From: Minisyncoccota bacterium | GTDB lineage: Bacteria > Patescibacteriota > Minisyncoccia > Phycocordibacterales > UBA9973 | NCBI GenBank assembly: GCA_041657445.1 | Contig: JBBABV010000002.1 | Span: 3,364 to 67,363, forward strand | Reading direction: 5' to 3' | DNA: 64,000 nt | Shown here: positions 48,810 through 59,774 of the stretch, piece by piece | Layout: every line of letters begins with the position of its first letter | Position numbering within the stretch: the first letter of the stretch is position 1 | Made by a program: the position numbers and the translations under genes | Notes under the pieces: model-generated | The model's input: the letters and a program-made list of their open reading frames with translations, nothing else | Told to the model about the DNA's origin: nothing | The model's database searches: none

Positions 48810-49712
48810 TTATTTACCTATCAATGCTTTAATTCTATCTTCAACAGGTGGATGTGTAGAAAAAAGCCCTGCAATCTTCTTACCAGCACTTTTACCAAAT
48901 GAACTTCCTTCTGGATTTGATATATATAGATGTGCCATTGCTTTACTTTTTCTCTTCATTGGAGTGCTATGCAAAGAAATTTTTTTTAAAGCATTTGCTA
49001 ACCCTTCTGGATATCTCGTCAAAAGTGCCCCTGATGCATCTGCTAAAAATTCTCTTTTTCGTGAAATTGCTAAATGGATAAGATTTGCAAAGATAGGTGA
49101 TAATATCATCAAAATAACCCCAACAAGCATTAAGATATTTCCTCCTCTATTATCACTACTACTATTTCTTCCCCCAAATATATGACTTCTTATAAACATA
49201 TCTGAAAGAATAGTCACAAAACCAACCAAGACTACTACTACAGTAGAAAGTAAAATATCTCTATTCCCTATATGTGACAACTCATGAGCTATCACTCCTT
49301 CAAGTTCATTCTTATCTAAAATACCAAGAAGTCCTGTAGTAACCGCTACCACTGAATGATTCTTATCCCTTCCTGTCGCAAAAGCATTTGGAGCAGGGTC
49401 ATCTATGACATATACTTTTGGCATCGGTAGCCCAGCGGTGATAGATAGGTTCTCTACAGAATTATATAAATCAAAATACTCTGTCCGCTTTGCTTCTTTT
49501 GCACCAGAGAGACCTATCACCACCCTATCAGAAAACCAATATGAAAAGATATTCATTAAAATACTAAAAATAATGAAAAAATACAGAATGTTTGGGTTGC
49601 TATAGTAATATGAGAAGAACCATCCAAGAACAATAACAATCACTAAAAAAACACTCATTAAAAGCCAAGTTTTAAGAACATTATTTGATTGATGTGTGTA
49701 TAGTGTCGCCAT
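48810..49712 (-). CDS. htpX: HtpX-like M48 zinc metalloprotease
   Basis: HExxH motif (HELSHIGNRD) and N-terminal TM helices. Confidence 0.85.
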   Translation of the reverse strand: MATLYTHQSNNVLKTWLLMSVFLVIVIVLGWFFSYYYSNPNILYFFIIFSILMNIFSYWFSDRVVIGLSGAKEAKRTEYFDLYNSVENLSITAGLPMPKVYVIDDPAPNAFATGRDKNHSVVAVTTGLLGILDKNELEGVIAHELSHIGNRDILLSTVVVVLVGFVTILSDMFIRSHIFGGRNSSSDNRGGNILMLVGVILMILSPIFANLIHLAISRKREFLADASGALLTRYPEGLANALKKISLHSTPMKRKSKAMAHLYISNPEGSSFGKSAGKKIAGLFSTHPPVEDRIKALIGK

Positions 49713-49971
49713 TTATGCCAAACTAGCTACTTTTATGAAGGTAAAAAATATCTTTCATGATTTTTAAATTTGATTCATTTAAATCTCTTATATACTTCTT
49801 CATATCTTCATTTGCCTCATCTCTGAGTTATTTTATATATTTTTGAATTTCTTTTTCTGCCATAGACAGATAATATCAAAGTAAAAACTAAAAACAAGTT
49901 ACCAAACATACTTTATATGTTCTAATATATTCCTTAAAATTAACCTTTATAGACAAGGAGTCTTCACCAAA

Positions 49972-50532
49972 TTAGAATTTCACTTCAACGGGCTTTTGAG
50001 CAATATCATCATCTGCTAGGTCAAAGAATTCTTTCTTTGCAAATTTAAAAATGTTTGCGATTATATTTGAAGGAAAACTCTCAATCTTCATATTCAAGTC
50101 TCTCACATTGGTATTATAAAACCTTCTTGCTGATTGAATCTTGTTCTCTGTATCAGAAAGTTCCCTTTGTAATTCTAAAAAGTTTGTATTTGCCTTTAAG
50201 TCTGGATATGCTTCAGCTAGAGCAAAGATTGATTTTAATGCACCTGTTAGCATATTTTCTGCTTCAGCATGAGCTTCTGTAGGACCACTTGCCCCCATAG
50301 CAAGAGATCGTGCTTTTGTAACATTTTCAAATGCACTTGATTCGTGAGTAGCATAACCCTTCACTGTATTTACTAAGTTTGGAATCAAGTCATATCTTCT
50401 CTTAAGCTGAACTTCAATATCAGCCCAAGCTTCTTCAGACCTGACTCTTAAAGAAATGAATTTATTGTAAACATAAGCAACATAAACCACTATCAAACCT
50501 AAAACTATATAAATATATGTCATTGTATTCAT
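49972..50532 (-). CDS. lemA: LemA-family protein
   Basis: N-terminal TM helix followed by the LemA helical-domain signature (AWADIEVQLKRRYDLIPNLV). Confidence 0.8.
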   Translation of the reverse strand: MNTMTYIYIVLGLIVVYVAYVYNKFISLRVRSEEAWADIEVQLKRRYDLIPNLVNTVKGYATHESSAFENVTKARSLAMGASGPTEAHAEAENMLTGALKSIFALAEAYPDLKANTNFLELQRELSDTENKIQSARRFYNTNVRDLNMKIESFPSNIIANIFKFAKKEFFDLADDDIAQKPVEVKF

Positions 50533-50552
50533 GAGGATATTATAGCATATTT

Positions 50553-51458
50553 TTAGTTATATTTCTTCTGTTTCTCTTCCCAGAGGACTAGAAGTGGTGA
50601 AGCAAGGAAGATTGATGAGTATGTGCCGAAAAACATTCCAATTGTGAGCATTAATGCAAAATACTTCGTACTTTCTGGACCAAAGAAAAATAGTGAAAGT
50701 AGAACCAAAATAGTAGTAAGTGAGGTAAAGAGTGATCTAAGGTAAGATTGTTTTAAACTCTCTCCTACTACAGAAGAAAAACTTAGTTTGTGTTTGTCTT
50801 CATTCTTTCTCAAATTCTCTCTTATCCTATCAAATATAACTATAGTATCAGAGACAGAAAGTCCGACGATAGTAAGCCCTGCTACCACAAAAAGTGAATC
50901 TGCTTCTACTCCGAAGAATCTTGATATTAAAGAAAATACTCCTGCTGTGATTATGATATCGTGAAGAAGTGCCCCTATAGCAATGATTCCGTATTTCCAA
51001 GAAGATACTGGTTTAGAGACCTTCCTGAAAGCAAAAGCAATGAATAGCACAATAGCAAAAGAAGAAAGAATAATAGCAAATAATGCTTTCCTTGAAAGTT
51101 CCTTACCAACAGAAGGACCAATAGAATTAAAATTTGATTCTGTAAGTTTGTATTCACCTTTCATTCCAAGAGTTTCCAGTAGAAGAGTATGCTCTTCCTC
51201 ATTGACATCTCTTGATTTTACTATATACCCAAGCTCACCTGTAGGTTGAAGGAGAATTGAGCCCATTCCAAGATTCTGAAGTTCTGTATTAAGAGATACT
51301 TGTTCGGGTCTTTCATTTTCATATACTACTTCTGTAATTGCTCCCCCTTTAAAATCAATTCCAATCTTTAAACCAAATACAGAAAGAGATATGATAGACA
51401 GAATCACTAATGCTATTGATATACCTATAAATATTTTTTTGTGATTTATTACAAACAT
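50553..51458 (-). CDS. secF: Protein translocase subunit SecF
   Basis: SecF topology, directly downstream of secD. Confidence 0.9.
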   Translation of the reverse strand: MFVINHKKIFIGISIALVILSIISLSVFGLKIGIDFKGGAITEVVYENERPEQVSLNTELQNLGMGSILLQPTGELGYIVKSRDVNEEEHTLLLETLGMKGEYKLTESNFNSIGPSVGKELSRKALFAIILSSFAIVLFIAFAFRKVSKPVSSWKYGIIAIGALLHDIIITAGVFSLISRFFGVEADSLFVVAGLTIVGLSVSDTIVIFDRIRENLRKNEDKHKLSFSSVVGESLKQSYLRSLFTSLTTILVLLSLFFFGPESTKYFALMLTIGMFFGTYSSIFLASPLLVLWEEKQKKYN

Positions 51459-51467
51459 ATTTTTATA

Positions 51468-52841
51468 TTATTTCTTAATTTCCGAACTGAATAAAAATCT
51501 CGCTATCTTACCTTCTCCTAAGATACTCATTCCATAAAGGAAGAGACGAGAGATAACTACAGCAGAAAGCATTGATACCAACACTCCCATTCCTAAAGTA
51601 AGAGCAAATCCTTGAACTAAGGAAGTGCCAAACCAAAAGAGAATGATAGAGGTAATAATAGTAGAAATATTTGAATCACGGATAGATAGCCATGATCTAG
51701 AAAATCCATCTTTTAGAGATTCTATGATAGTCTTTCCCCCTTTCAATTCTTCTTTTAATCTTTCAAAGATAAGCACATTCCCATCCACCGCAATACCAAG
51801 AGAAATTATAAACCCAGCAATACCTGAAGCAGTAAGAGTAACAGGAATGAGTTTGTAAAGAGCAAGAATGATAGCCATATATACTCCTAGAGCTAATACT
51901 GCAACTACCCCAGGCAATCTATACCAAAGTATCATAAATACTCCTACTAGGATAAGTCCAACAATAGCCGATTTTACTCCTGCTGTAATAGCATTCTCTC
52001 CAAGAGTTGCACCTATGGTTTGCCTTCCCACTAATTTGATAGGAACAGGTAGTGCACCAGAATTTAATCTTCCGACAAGTTGTTTTGCTTCTTCTGGAGT
52101 AAATTCACCACTTATCTGTGCTTGTCCATCTAGAATAGGTTCATTAACTGTAGGAACAGAAATAGGTGCTCCGTCTAAAAATATTGCTACAAACTTACCT
52201 ACATTTTGAGTAGTAATCTCTGCAAAAAGTTCCTTTCCTATATCATCAAACTCTAAACCTACAAGGGGTCTTCTAGTCATCTGATCAAACTGAAGAGTAG
52301 CCTTCTTTAGATATCTACCTGTAAGTTCCGTAGAAGCAAATTGGGTATAAGGATCAACATCTAATACAAGTTGCCCATTTTCATCTACTGTCGCTTTTTG
52401 AGTAGAAATTTCATTCTCTATGTTCTCCACTTTAAATTCAAGAAGTGGTGTCTCACCTATCATCTCTGCTGCTTTTTCAACATCAGTCACTCCTGGAAGA
52501 TCTACTATTAGTTTCTCCCCACCCCCATCCACAAATCCTGCGCTTTGAACATGAACTATAGGCTCAGAAACACCAAAAAGATTCACTCTTCGCTCTATCA
52601 CATCACGAAGAGAATCCATTGATTCACCTATCTGTCCTTCTGGAACTTCACTAACATCTGCTTCATATACTAAATGGCTTCCACCAGAGAGATCCAATCC
52701 GAGGTGAAAAGGAAATTTCTTTAGAAACGAACTCTCGTTTTCATAATTTGGATTTACTCTTGGTTCAGACTTAAATACAAAAAAGGAGATTCCAACTCCT
52801 AATATCAATATCAACAAGGCAAACACTCTTTTTTTCCACAT
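51468..52841 (-). CDS. secD: Protein translocase subunit SecD
   Basis: LGLDLSGGSHLVYE and the C-terminal 6-TM SecD/SecF domain. Confidence 0.9.
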   Translation of the reverse strand: MWKKRVFALLILILGVGISFFVFKSEPRVNPNYENESSFLKKFPFHLGLDLSGGSHLVYEADVSEVPEGQIGESMDSLRDVIERRVNLFGVSEPIVHVQSAGFVDGGGEKLIVDLPGVTDVEKAAEMIGETPLLEFKVENIENEISTQKATVDENGQLVLDVDPYTQFASTELTGRYLKKATLQFDQMTRRPLVGLEFDDIGKELFAEITTQNVGKFVAIFLDGAPISVPTVNEPILDGQAQISGEFTPEEAKQLVGRLNSGALPVPIKLVGRQTIGATLGENAITAGVKSAIVGLILVGVFMILWYRLPGVVAVLALGVYMAIILALYKLIPVTLTASGIAGFIISLGIAVDGNVLIFERLKEELKGGKTIIESLKDGFSRSWLSIRDSNISTIITSIILFWFGTSLVQGFALTLGMGVLVSMLSAVVISRLFLYGMSILGEGKIARFLFSSEIKK

Positions 52842-52927
52842 ATTGATAATATAATACTACTTTTCTTAAAATTTGCAAAACCCAGTCTTTCTATGTTTTT
52901 TGTAAGAAAATATGCTATAATCAATCC

Positions 52928-53653
52928 ATGGAAAACAACACAAAAACAAATTATACAATTTTTGCCCTGATTTTAGGGCTATCATTAGTAGCAAGTGCTA
53001 TTATCGGTTCTGCCACTTTTTATAAATTAAGATCAATGGATTATATATCTTCCACAGGTTCTGCAAAAAAAGCAGTAATATCTGATAAAGTAAAATGGTC
53101 TTCAAATATCTCTCGTTCTGTAAGAGAAAGCACTATTGAGGAAGGATACTCAAAAATGGAAACCGATTTAAAAGAAGTTAAAGCATTTTTAATTAAAAAT
53201 GGAATCAAAGAAGAATCAATAGAAGTATCTCCTGTATATATGAATGAAGTTTGGGAACAAAATCCTAGTTCAGAAAAAAAATACAATCTTTCTCAAAACA
53301 TAGAGATACAATCTGAAGAAGTAGAAAAAATTGGTGAAATGGCAAAGAATGTAAGTGAACTTGTTCAAAAAGGAATATTATTTTCAATCAATTCCCTTGA
53401 GTATTATTACTCCAAACTCCCAGAAGCAAGAGTAGAATTATTAGCGGAAGCCGTTGGAGATGCAAAAGCTCGTGCAGAACAACTCGCAAAAGCAGGAGGT
53501 AAAAAAATTGGAGCATTAAAATCTGCTTCTTCTGGTGTAGTACAAGTTATGTCTGAAAATTCTTTAGAAATTTCAGATTATGGAATGTATGATACTTCAA
53601 AAATCAATAAAGAAATAATGGTAACAGTTAAGGCAAGTTTTGAGATTAATTAA
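52928..53653 (+). CDS. SIMPL-domain (DUF541) protein with a signal anchor
   Basis: N-terminal TM followed by the SIMPL-like region (...EARVELLAEAVGDAKARAEQLAKAGGKKIGALKSASSG). Confidence 0.65.
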   Translation: MENNTKTNYTIFALILGLSLVASAIIGSATFYKLRSMDYISSTGSAKKAVISDKVKWSSNISRSVRESTIEEGYSKMETDLKEVKAFLIKNGIKEESIEVSPVYMNEVWEQNPSSEKKYNLSQNIEIQSEEVEKIGEMAKNVSELVQKGILFSINSLEYYYSKLPEARVELLAEAVGDAKARAEQLAKAGGKKIGALKSASSGVVQVMSENSLEISDYGMYDTSKINKEIMVTVKASFEIN

Positions 53654-53662
53654 ATCTTGTTT

Positions 53663-54181
53663 CTAATATCCAGAGCCAAGGGGGAAAGCACAATAATGTC
53701 CTCCGTCTGGGAATCCTTGATTAAACCAAGATGGATAATCTAGTTTATTCTTTTCTGTGCGAAATCTTATGGCAAAGGGTTGGCTAGTGGTAACAGAAGT
53801 ATTTCCACAGTTTGTGTTTGTATAATAAAAATAACAAAAACTTCCACTAGGTATTATTGCATTTATAGGATCAACAGGAATTTTGGAAATGAATCCATTA
53901 GAAACCAATGGAGAAAGCGCTTCCTCAAATGTTTCATTACAACTAGAAGGATCCTGAAAAACATATCCTGTAGTAGATGGATATGAATCATAAGTATCAT
54001 AATATAAATTTAATGCAATTCTTAATTGACGAATATCAGAAACTCTTTTTGTATCTCTTACTTTCATTCTTGCATTCCTTAATGAAACTAATACTATAGA
54101 AGAAAGGATTCCAATAATTGCAACTACTATCAGAAGCTCTATAAGAGTAAAACCTTTTTCACCATTTTTTATTTTTTTCAT
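53663..54181 (-). CDS. Type IV pilin/pseudopilin-like protein
   Basis: Prepilin leader KGFTLIELLIVVAIIGILSSIVLVSL. Confidence 0.75.
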   Translation of the reverse strand: MKKIKNGEKGFTLIELLIVVAIIGILSSIVLVSLRNARMKVRDTKRVSDIRQLRIALNLYYDTYDSYPSTTGYVFQDPSSCNETFEEALSPLVSNGFISKIPVDPINAIIPSGSFCYFYYTNTNCGNTSVTTSQPFAIRFRTEKNKLDYPSWFNQGFPDGGHYCAFPLGSGY

Positions 54182-54723
54182 AATCTCTTAAAGAAAAGAA
54201 AACAAAGATACGCTACCAAGAAACCAAGGACAAATCCACCTATGATATCAATATGAGAGTGCACTCCTGCCATTATACGGGCAATACCTATAAATAATGC
54301 AGAAATAATAAAAAAATAACCAAACTTTTTATTTAAAAATAAAACCACAAATCCAAGTGCCATAAAAAAGGCAGAATGACTAGAAGGAAAAGCATAACCT
54401 GTTTCAAGAAAAAGTGGAGTAATATCTTTAAAGATTTCAAATGGTCTCGGATTCTCAAAAATTTCTTTAATGAAAGAAGATAAAATCCATGCAAAACCAA
54501 CAGAAAAAGGAGCAAAAACAATCTTCTCCCAATCTTTTTTTATTAAAAAAACAATCTCACGAAGACTTCTAACAGAAAAAAACTTAAAGTAATAAAGTAA
54601 AAAAACACCAAAAATAAAAACTACAATATAAGGAAAAGTTTCTGCAAAAAATACTATTAAATAATCAATTTCTTTTGATATATTTGAAAAACCAAAAAAG
54701 TAATAAAAAATCTCTTTATTCAT
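54178..54723 (-). CDS. PAP2-family membrane phosphatase (undecaprenyl-diphosphatase BcrC-like)
   Basis: PAP2 motifs KEIFENPRP, PSSHS, and RIMAGVHSHIDIIGG. Confidence 0.7.
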   Translation of the reverse strand: MNKEIFYYFFGFSNISKEIDYLIVFFAETFPYIVVFIFGVFLLYYFKFFSVRSLREIVFLIKKDWEKIVFAPFSVGFAWILSSFIKEIFENPRPFEIFKDITPLFLETGYAFPSSHSAFFMALGFVVLFLNKKFGYFFIISALFIGIARIMAGVHSHIDIIGGFVLGFLVAYLCFLFFKRL

Positions 54724-55625
54724 AATTTTCTTTTTGCAACCTTTAGCACATTATTTAATAACATAGCCACTGTTACTGGACCTACCCCGCCTGGAACTTT
54801 TGAAACATAACCTGCGATACCATTTACGGAATCAAAGTCAACATCTCCTACTATTTCTTTCTTTATGGAATAATCATTTTTTGAATCATTTGATTCTGAT
54901 GTTCCAGCGTCAATAACAACTACACCTTCTTTTATCATATCACCAGTAATAAACTTTCCTTTTCCTATGCCAGAAATAATTATATCAGCATTTTTTATTA
55001 TTTCATCTTTATTCTCTGTGTTACTTCTTACTGTTACTGGCTCAAGTCCTCTGAATTTGAGTAAAGTCGTTACAGGTCTTCCCACCAATTCTCCTTGCCC
55101 TATTACTACTATGTTTTTGCCTTTTAATTCCATATTTAAAGAATCAAGCATAGTCATACAAGCAAGAGCAGTAGGAAAACCTATCTCATTTTCATTTCTA
55201 TAGAATTTCTCGCTTGCTTTACTTCCTAAGCAATCCACATCAAGTTCCTCTGGCACAGAATCAAGTATTTTTCTTTTATCATCAAAAAATCTTAATGGAA
55301 GCGGTAATTGAACAATAATGCCACACATATTTAAAACATTACCAAGTTTTTGTATTTCTTCTGATAAAGATTGAGAAGTAACATCTTTATTAAATTCTGC
55401 TCTGTGAAATTTAATACCTACTTTTTCTGCTGTTTTTGCTTTCATTTCTACATATTGCCTTGAAACAGAGTCATCTCCAACTAAGACATCACAAAATACA
55501 GGTTGAAATGGCAATAGACTAATTTCATTTTTTATATCCTCTAAAATCTTTTTCCTTATCTCCCTACCGTCAATTATTTTTGTTTCCATTTTTAATTTAT
55601 TATTGTTATATACCCAAAAACTCAT
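54720..55625 (-). CDS. folD: Bifunctional methylenetetrahydrofolate dehydrogenase/cyclohydrolase
   Basis: GIIVQLPLP and the NAD(P)-binding GxGxxVGRP (VIGQGELVGRPV). Confidence 0.9.
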   Translation of the reverse strand: MSFWVYNNNKLKMETKIIDGREIRKKILEDIKNEISLLPFQPVFCDVLVGDDSVSRQYVEMKAKTAEKVGIKFHRAEFNKDVTSQSLSEEIQKLGNVLNMCGIIVQLPLPLRFFDDKRKILDSVPEELDVDCLGSKASEKFYRNENEIGFPTALACMTMLDSLNMELKGKNIVVIGQGELVGRPVTTLLKFRGLEPVTVRSNTENKDEIIKNADIIISGIGKGKFITGDMIKEGVVVIDAGTSESNDSKNDYSIKKEIVGDVDFDSVNGIAGYVSKVPGGVGPVTVAMLLNNVLKVAKRKL

Positions 55626-56763
55626 TCTTCATATCATCTTTATGTGCTGGTCTAGAATACTTTCTAAAACTCATCAAAATACCTAATGCCATAAATTCAG
55701 TTAAAAGATGAGATCCGCCATAACTCATAAAAGGAAGCGGAATACCCGTGACAGGCATAAGACCAAGATTCATTCCGATATTTACTAATATATGACTCAT
55801 TAAGAAAATAGCAATACCTATTCCGAATAAAATTTCAAAATTAGTAGCTCCAAGCAAAGCAGAAACTAATATTCTCCATATTACAAGACCATAAAGAATT
55901 AATAACAAAAAAGAACCAATAAATCCCCACTCTTCTGCAAAAGCAGCAAAAATAAAATCTGTTTGTGGCTCAGGTAAAAACTGCAATCTTGATTGAGTCC
56001 CAAAACCTAATCCTTTTCCTGTTAATTCTCCTGAACCAACTGCAATAGTGGATTGCAAAGCATTGTAACCTGAACCATGCATATCTGCTAGTGGATTGAT
56101 AAAACTTACAATTCTTGCTTTTTGATATGGGGCAAAAACAAAAGTCCAAAGAGAAAAGAAAATAATTGCTCCACCAGTAAAAACAAGAAGTAAATGAGTC
56201 TTTGAGATACCAGAAACAAGCACCATTCCAAGCCAGATAAGAGCAATAACCATAGCAGAACCAAAATCCGGCTGTAAAAGAATCAAGGTGAAAGGAATAA
56301 ATGCATAAAGTCCAGAAATAAAAATATGCTTTATGCTTTTTATCTCCACATGACGACGAGAAAAATACTTTGCAAGAATAAGTATCAATATGAGTTTCAT
56401 CAAATCCACCGGTTGAAAAGAAAATCCTGCAAAAGAAAACCAACTTTGAGCTCCTTTGACCGTGCTACCAAAAACAAAAAGTAATATAAGAAGTGTAGAT
56501 ATAAATAAAAAAAGACCAACAAGAACCCATGTTTTTTTTAAAAAACGAAAATCTATAAATGAAAAAGAAAAAAACACAATCAATGATAAAAATGCCCAAA
56601 TTATCTGTTTGTCAAAAAAATTACCCACATTTTCAGAAATAGAAAAAGACTTCATGGTAACAAGTCCAGCAATTACTATTGGAAGAATAAAGAAGACAAG
56701 CAACCAGTCCACTCTCTTAATTGTTTGAGAAAAACGAGATAAATTTAAATTTAAATATTCCAT
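55606..56763 (-). CDS. SEDS-family peptidoglycan glycosyltransferase (FtsW/RodA)
   Basis: 10-TM protein with the conserved FtsW/RodA C-terminal region (LPFMSYGGSHLL). Confidence 0.85.
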   Translation of the reverse strand: MEYLNLNLSRFSQTIKRVDWLLVFFILPIVIAGLVTMKSFSISENVGNFFDKQIIWAFLSLIVFFSFSFIDFRFLKKTWVLVGLFLFISTLLILLFVFGSTVKGAQSWFSFAGFSFQPVDLMKLILILILAKYFSRRHVEIKSIKHIFISGLYAFIPFTLILLQPDFGSAMVIALIWLGMVLVSGISKTHLLLVFTGGAIIFFSLWTFVFAPYQKARIVSFINPLADMHGSGYNALQSTIAVGSGELTGKGLGFGTQSRLQFLPEPQTDFIFAAFAEEWGFIGSFLLLILYGLVIWRILVSALLGATNFEILFGIGIAIFLMSHILVNIGMNLGLMPVTGIPLPFMSYGGSHLLTEFMALGILMSFRKYSRPAHKDDMKNEFLGI

Positions 56764-56802
56764 TTTTAAAAATTGTTTTAAAAACTTTTCTATCCTACAA
56801 TT

Positions 56803-57687
56803 CTATTTTAATTTTGTAAGAAAAATATCATATATAGGAATAATTTCACTTGCAACTACTTTTTCATTAAAAGGCGAAGGCCAAGTAAAACTTATTTCTT
56901 TTGATTCTCCTCTATCCAACTGCTCAAGATATGTCCGAGAAGAGGTTATAGCATTCCCATCTTTATCATATAAAATAACAACAATATCTACTTCAGGAAT
57001 TATAAAAAGAGAATTATTCTTTATAACTGCAGATAAATAAGGATCTGTATTTTCATTTTTAAGTTCTAAATCTGAAACAAAAACTTTTACTTCATTCAAT
57101 TTTTCTTCTGGAGCCTTAACCCAAAAAGGTGTTTCTGTAAATTCAAAAGAAACATATACAGGTATAGAATTACCAAAATCAATTGCAGGTTCAAAAACAG
57201 CAAATTTTCCTGAAGCAGGGATGGTAGTTTTTCCTTCTCTTTTTCCTATGTATATATTATTTTCATCAGCAAAACGAAATCTGTAACTTATATTTCTTAT
57301 TGCACTTGTTGGATTATGATTTTCAAGATATGCTACTGCATTATATCTCCCCTTTACTACCTTAAAAGCTCTTGCCCAAAGTATAGAAACCTGGTCCACT
57401 TCATACAAACATTGGTTACTGCACGATCCACCACAATCTACTCCTGTCTCATCTCCATTTTGCTTTCCATCACTACAAGTAGGGATATTATCAATATGCG
57501 GAGCTACAATAAAAAAAACTATTACTCCTAAGGTAACAATAAGCACAATGATAAAAATTATTTGCCTTTTGAGTGCCCAAGTCATAAATGTATTGTAACA
57601 CAGTATGTATTTGCTTTCTAGGTGGCACAATAACTCACAAATATGCACCCTCGACAAATATTGAGGGTGCTTTTTATTTTTATTCAT
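56803..57687 (-). CDS. Hypothetical signal-anchored protein with a Cys-rich stretch. The start at 57585 (MTWALKRQ) is more likely than 57687.
   Basis: TM anchor IIFIIVLIVTLGVIVFFIV followed by CSDGKQNGDETGVDCGGSCSNQC. Confidence 0.5.
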   Translation of the reverse strand: MNKNKKHPQYLSRVHICELLCHLESKYILCYNTFMTWALKRQIIFIIVLIVTLGVIVFFIVAPHIDNIPTCSDGKQNGDETGVDCGGSCSNQCLYEVDQVSILWARAFKVVKGRYNAVAYLENHNPTSAIRNISYRFRFADENNIYIGKREGKTTIPASGKFAVFEPAIDFGNSIPVYVSFEFTETPFWVKAPEEKLNEVKVFVSDLELKNENTDPYLSAVIKNNSLFIIPEVDIVVILYDKDGNAITSSRTYLEQLDRGESKEISFTWPSPFNEKVVASEIIPIYDIFLTKLK

Positions 57688-57880
57688 ATCACCTATATTC
57701 TAATACAGGTGTTGCAATTGATTGTTGAACTAAGTATACAAAAATTTGACTTTTTTTTAAAAAGGTCTAGAATACAAAAAGACTTCACCGTCCCCCAATC
57801 AATTAAGCGCGCCCCCTCCCAAGGGGGCTTATACTCCAGAATCCTACCTTTTCTGGAGTTTTTTTATACCTAATAACACA

Positions 57881-57912
57881 AAAAACCCGAAAAATAATCG
57901 GGTTTTTTGTTA
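57881..57912 (-). terminator. Hairpin terminator downstream of 5S rRNA (symmetric, with U-runs on both strands)
   Basis: AAAAAACCCGA-aaaataa-UCGGGUUUUUU. Confidence 0.6.
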
Positions 57913-57923
57913 TATTAAATGCT

Positions 57924-58038
<115 letters not shown>

Positions 58039-58369
58039 AACATTCAATTTATTAATACAAATTTTTAATAAACATGTATAATATATGAATTTTTATGAAA
58101 ATATCTTAAATGTGTTTTTTATACATTATAAGTTTTGTGAATTATTATGATTTCCAAATTTCTTAACAGGAATCGAACAATTAGTACTTCTCAGCTCTAC
58201 ACATTACTGTGCTTACACTTAAAGCCTATCAACCTGATCATCTCTCAGGGTTCTAAACGATTCCTCATCTTGAAGATGGCTTCCCTCTTAGATGCTTTCA
58301 GAGGTTATCCATTCCCGACATAGCTACCGAGCAGTCCACTTGGCAGTAGAGCTCGTACACCAGAGGTCA

Positions 58370-58400
<31 letters not shown>

Positions 58401-58460
58401 ATCTTCTCAAGAATCAACGAGTGCAGTAGATAGGAGACCAACCTGTCTCACGCATGTTTT

Positions 58461-59694
58461 CACACATTACTGTATGCATTGGACTATACTTTCCCTATAA
58501 TACAGGGGTCGGTTTGTAGTCTCTACAAAGAACAAAAGTTCTTCTCGGTATTGTCCTCCACTTATAATGGATGGGATTTTACCGATAACCCCGACTTATT
58601 CTTTATTTTTAAATAAAGACCGCCGTGATTTGATTGGTTACTCTATCTTTTTAACAAACGAAAAAACTTCTTAATAACAGTATTTTATAATTTCTCTTAG
58701 GATTCAGATTGTGGAATAGTCGTTTATATTACTAAAAACAACTTCTCCACGGTCTGACATTTAATCCATTATTACTAATGGTACTGACTATACCTTTTCC
58801 AAAACTTTCCTGCCTTGGAACTGACGTGTTAGCAAGCATGTCGCTCGCTCTGTCTATTTACTAGACAAGTCGATACGGGGATTATCAATCTTATAAGTCA
58901 TTGATGGGGCGATAAATGGAGAAACTATTGAGAGAAAAAGATTGTAATATTCTTTTCCAATTGCAATTTTCCATTGATTTCTATCTTTTACTATTGTCGC
59001 AGATATATTATATTTCTTTTTTAGAAAATCAACAATTATTTCTTGATCTTCATAAGAAAACGAATGTGTACTTAAAGTCACATTACTGTGATTATTTGAA
59101 CCATCATCCATATACCATATCGCTAACATTCTATCAGAAAAAATAGGAAGTACTTCTTTTGGAAATATTTTCACATTATCTTTATAAAAGATTTTATGTA
59201 TAATTCCAAATCCTTCCAAACTTCTCGTATGAAAGTACCATGATATTTCTTTAAGATTTCTTTTTCTATTTGTCCATGAAATTTTTCTTGGACTAGAAGA
59301 AACAAAACTCTTTAATATTTCATACTTCCACCAGACATAATCTTTTTGTTTTTCGCCATGATGCACACGAAATCGAGCTGTTAAAACACCCCTAATTCCA
59401 TTTGACCTGCACTCAAGCCGTGCATCTCCTAACAACGACCCTATAATCACATCTAGCTGATGTGATGGAAATGTTGATTGTAATCTTCCCACGATATTAT
59501 CCATTATGTGTATTTTATCACACACAACCGGACTTCACCGTTATGAGTCAGTTTATTTTTTATCTCTTTTTTATTTTGACAAGCGAGGAGCGAGTGAAAA
59601 TAATAATTTTCACTTCGTCCGAGCGAAGTCAAACTATGGATTTTAATAAATCCATGTCCTCGTAGAAAGTCATTAGCTGGGCTCATGAATCCTT
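58461..59694 (-). mobile_element. Group I intron A in 23S, near the site equivalent to E. coli ~L2585-2593, carrying a LAGLIDADG gene
   Basis: 5' exon ends ...GAGCUGGGU. The 3' end has P-like, R GUAGAGACUACA, S AGUAUAGUCC, and a P9 CAUACA-GUAA-UGUGUG hairpin, then an omega G before AAAACAUGCGUGAGACAGG. Confidence 0.55.
58854..59525 (-). CDS. LAGLIDADG homing endonuclease, double-motif, intron-encoded
   Basis: Two motifs, VIIGSLLGDARLE and AIWYMDDGSNN. 223 aa. Confidence 0.8.
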   Translation of the reverse strand: MCDKIHIMDNIVGRLQSTFPSHQLDVIIGSLLGDARLECRSNGIRGVLTARFRVHHGEKQKDYVWWKYEILKSFVSSSPRKISWTNRKRNLKEISWYFHTRSLEGFGIIHKIFYKDNVKIFPKEVLPIFSDRMLAIWYMDDGSNNHSNVTLSTHSFSYEDQEIIVDFLKKKYNISATIVKDRNQWKIAIGKEYYNLFLSIVSPFIAPSMTYKIDNPRIDLSSK

Positions 59695-59774
59695 ACCCAG
59701 CTCGCGTACCTTTTTAATTGGCGAACAGCCAAACGCTTGGGAGCTTCTCCGCCCCCGCGCTAAGGTGAGCCGAC

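Noticed and set aside
57805-57838. GC-rich hairpin GCCCCCU-CCCA-AGGGGGC in an AT-rich spacer
   Set aside because: No adjacent U-run on either strand and no associated gene. Noted only as a compositional oddity.
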